Shown here: piece after piece, positions 62,072 through 64,000 of the stretch | Layout: the number at the start of each line of letters is the position of its first letter | How positions within the stretch are numbered: position 1 is the first letter of the stretch | Assembly: GCA_963579905.1 (NCBI GenBank) | Contig: CAUZIZ010000003.1 | Location: forward strand, 3,249 to 67,248 | Length of the DNA: 64,000 bases | From: Acidobacteria bacterium UBA6911 | GTDB taxonomy: Bacteria > Acidobacteriota > UBA6911 > RPQK01 > JAJDTT01 | Reading direction: 5' to 3' | Notes under the pieces: model-generated | Database searches by the model: none | Seen by the model: only the letters and a program-made list of their open reading frames with translations | What the model was told of the DNA's origin: nothing | Position numbers and translations under genes: made by a program

Positions 62072-62947
62072 TTGCTACACTCCACCGCAGGGAAAGGAGT
62101 CAATTTGACGAGAAATCCCAGTATTGTGCATACGGACTGGAGTGCTCTTACGCCTGGCCCGCAGGTTCGGCACCTGGAAGTTGAGGGATATGTCGTTCTG
62201 CCGGGAATGCTGACCCCGGACCAGATCGCACAGCTGCATGCCGAGTTGAAGCCAATCCCCACGGAAAGCCCAGACTACACCGACAAGAAGAGAGCTCACA
62301 ACGACATCCAGTGGGCCGGTGGAGCGATTACCGAGCTCATCGCCAACCCCCCCATGATCGCGTGGCTGGAGCGTCTCTTCGGTGACCTGCCGGTGCTCAT
62401 GACCTACGATTACTCTCGCTCCGAGGCCGGATGTCCAGCGATCAACCTTCATGCTGACGGGCAACCTTGGGGATCAAAGATTTTCGGAGCCGAACAAAGT
62501 TGTCCGCGCTTGGTGCGGGTCTTGTACTACCTCCAAGATCTGACGCCTGAGCGTGCTCCCTTCAGGGTCGTGCCCCGGTCTCATCTGAGCTTTCACAATC
62601 ATGGGAATCCGTACTTGCGCTACCGTGAGCATCCGGAAGAGGTGATGGTCACCTGCTCGGCTGGCTCTGCTTGTTTGATCAACCAGAATGTTTTCCACGG
62701 AAACTTTCCAAATCGTACTGGGCAGGCTCGCGAGATGCTCGGTTTAGCCTATCGGCCACCCTGGTCCGGTCCATTTGAACCTGTAGAAACCTGGTCGGAG
62801 AAGCAGCTTTCGGAAGTTTCAGATGCCATAAAGCTCATCATGACCGACCGCAACCGCCGCATCTGGCTACCCGATGCAGGCAATGTCCATCCTGATATGC
62901 CCGCTGAGGCTGAAGGCATCAATCCCAGCCGCTGGGACTCGCCGTGA
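62072..62947 (+). CDS. Phytanoyl-CoA dioxygenase (PhyH) family Fe(II)/2OG oxygenase.
   Basis: HLEVEGYVVLPGMLTPDQIAQLHAE N-terminus. H-x-D iron ligands (NLHADGQ). Family-typical length. Confidence 0.7.
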   Translation: MLHSTAGKGVNLTRNPSIVHTDWSALTPGPQVRHLEVEGYVVLPGMLTPDQIAQLHAELKPIPTESPDYTDKKRAHNDIQWAGGAITELIANPPMIAWLERLFGDLPVLMTYDYSRSEAGCPAINLHADGQPWGSKIFGAEQSCPRLVRVLYYLQDLTPERAPFRVVPRSHLSFHNHGNPYLRYREHPEEVMVTCSAGSACLINQNVFHGNFPNRTGQAREMLGLAYRPPWSGPFEPVETWSEKQLSEVSDAIKLIMTDRNRRIWLPDAGNVHPDMPAEAEGINPSRWDSP

Positions 62948-63009
62948 GACTCTGAGGCCGAATGGTCCCGCGAATCGACCTAATCAGTTTCTTGGGAGGA
63001 GTTCACACA

Positions 63010-63439
63010 TGAAGAGAATAGAGTTCCTAAAGGTTGCTGGCAAGGCCTCGGCTGTGTGCACTGTCCCCTTCGTGTCCGGCGCTGGTCCAAGCCGGGAAGA
63101 TACCGTATCGACACTCTGGAGCCTCGGCCGGTGAGCCCCTTCAATGTTGGTGGCAAGGCACAACTCCTCATAGAGCGTCTGCTGGTCAGGGAGTCCCCGG
63201 GAGTTGGCTTCGCGCTCCACCCTGCTGAAAAGCACCCATCCAATCCGGGGGGGGTGCGGGCAGACCAACCCTGGGAAGGATGGCGCTTGGAGATCGACGG
63301 CAACGTCATCTACGACGAAGAAGAGAAGATCTTCAAGATGTGGTACCTGGGAGAAGGAGACGACCATTTTCCCTTTGAGTATCCTACCCTCTACACGGCC
63401 ATCACGGGCAGGGATGCCCGTGCCACTACAGGATACTGA
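63010..63439 (+). pseudogene. N-terminal fragment of a GH130-like paralog, frameshifted and truncated.
   Basis: Signal peptide MKRIEFLKVAGKASAVCTVPFVSGA (frame of ORF 62874..63134). The family N-terminal block ADQPWEGWRLEIDGNVIYDEEEKIFKMWY is in the frame of ORF 63056..63439. It stops after ~130 aa, and a convergent gene follows. Confidence 0.55.
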
Positions 63440-63518
63440 AGTTTCTTTCTCGCATGGGGCCACCACAGCCAGCGTGAGGGACCGACCAGACACCCCAAGA
63501 TTACGAACGCCTGTGCGA

Positions 63519-64000
63519 TCAGTAAGAGACACCGTGGCCGAACTTCCGTGGATCGATCACGACATGCTTGATGCTTCGGCGCTTCCACGTGTAGCTGACA
63601 TGAACCAGGCCGTCCCCGGTCTGGACTACTGCCGGGTAGGAATACTCCCCTGGCTGATCCTCCAAGGTAAGGACCTTGGCCCAGCTCTTGCCATCCTTGG
63701 ATATGGCAACCTTTAGCGGTGATCTACCCTTGGTGGTGGGGTTGTAGACCAAGAGCTGCCGTTTATCCTTCAGCGTGACGGCATCAGTTCCAGAGTTTGG
63801 ATTCGGCAAGTCCGTCAACGTCATTTCACCCCACGTCTTGCCCCCGTCACTCGACCATGCTTCCCAAATCCGGCCCTGGCGGCTTCGGCCCAGCGCCTGT
63901 AGCCGTCCCCCGGGATGCGTGAGGATGCTCGGTTGAATGGCACTGATTGCTACTCCGTCGTTGATGGGCTGGGTGCGCGACCAGGTGCTACCCAGATCTG
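63519..64000 (-). CDS. BNR/Asp-box sialidase-like protein, 3' portion. The gene start lies beyond the window end.
   Basis: The ORF is open to the window edge. The upstream in-frame sequence includes a perfect Asp box SSDGGKTWGE. The C-terminus reads GEYSYPAVVQTGDGLVHVSYTW. Confidence 0.6.
   Translation of the reverse strand, partial: DLGSTWSRTQPINDGVAISAIQPSILTHPGGRLQALGRSRQGRIWEAWSSDGGKTWGEMTLTDLPNPNSGTDAVTLKDKRQLLVYNPTTKGRSPLKVAISKDGKSWAKVLTLEDQPGEYSYPAVVQTGDGLVHVSYTWKRRSIKHVVIDPRKFGHGVSY

Overview
This 64 kb window is GC-rich (roughly 60%) and has hallmarks of a Planctomycetota/Verrucomicrobiota-type (PVC) free-living heterotroph. There are two PSCyt/DUF1549/DUF1553 proteins, one next to a TAT-secreted DUF1501 partner. 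Six copies or fragments of a secreted GH130-like beta-propeller family are present, along with three BNR/Asp-box sialidase-like proteins. A very large secreted PAP2/vanadium-haloperoxidase-like protein and a complete Na+-translocating NADH:quinone oxidoreductase operon (nqrABCDEF-apbE-nqrM) are also encoded. Metabolic genes include a Gfo/Idh/MocA-GMC-VOC oxidoreductase operon, a MetB/MetC-type PLP enzyme and a PhyH dioxygenase. Two SSS transporters, a signal-peptide-HMA-thioredoxin fusion and an Ada-like HTH-MGMT protein are intact.

Three things stand out.

- **Gene disruption.** About 20 of roughly 55 genes are broken by in-frame stops, frameshifts (mostly in homopolymer runs) or truncation. 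The broken genes include the LPS Kdo genes kdsA (in-frame TAG) and kdsD (frameshift), and a SthA/Lpd-like flavoprotein with 4 frameshifts.
- **Mobile DNA.** An IS6-family element abuts tRNA-Pro(TGG). A degraded ~6.4 kb integrative island sits at tRNA-Leu(TAG), bounded by a 58 bp direct repeat of the tRNA 3' half. It carries an integrase C-terminal remnant, an IS91-like transposase pseudogene and an SSS transporter as cargo.
- **A noncoding repeat.** A ~220 bp repeat is present in 4 copies, each lying just 3' of a gene. Its apparent small ORF is not conserved between copies.

No CRISPR array or rRNA was seen. ORF-track starts sometimes reflect GTG/TTG codons, and true starts are often internal.
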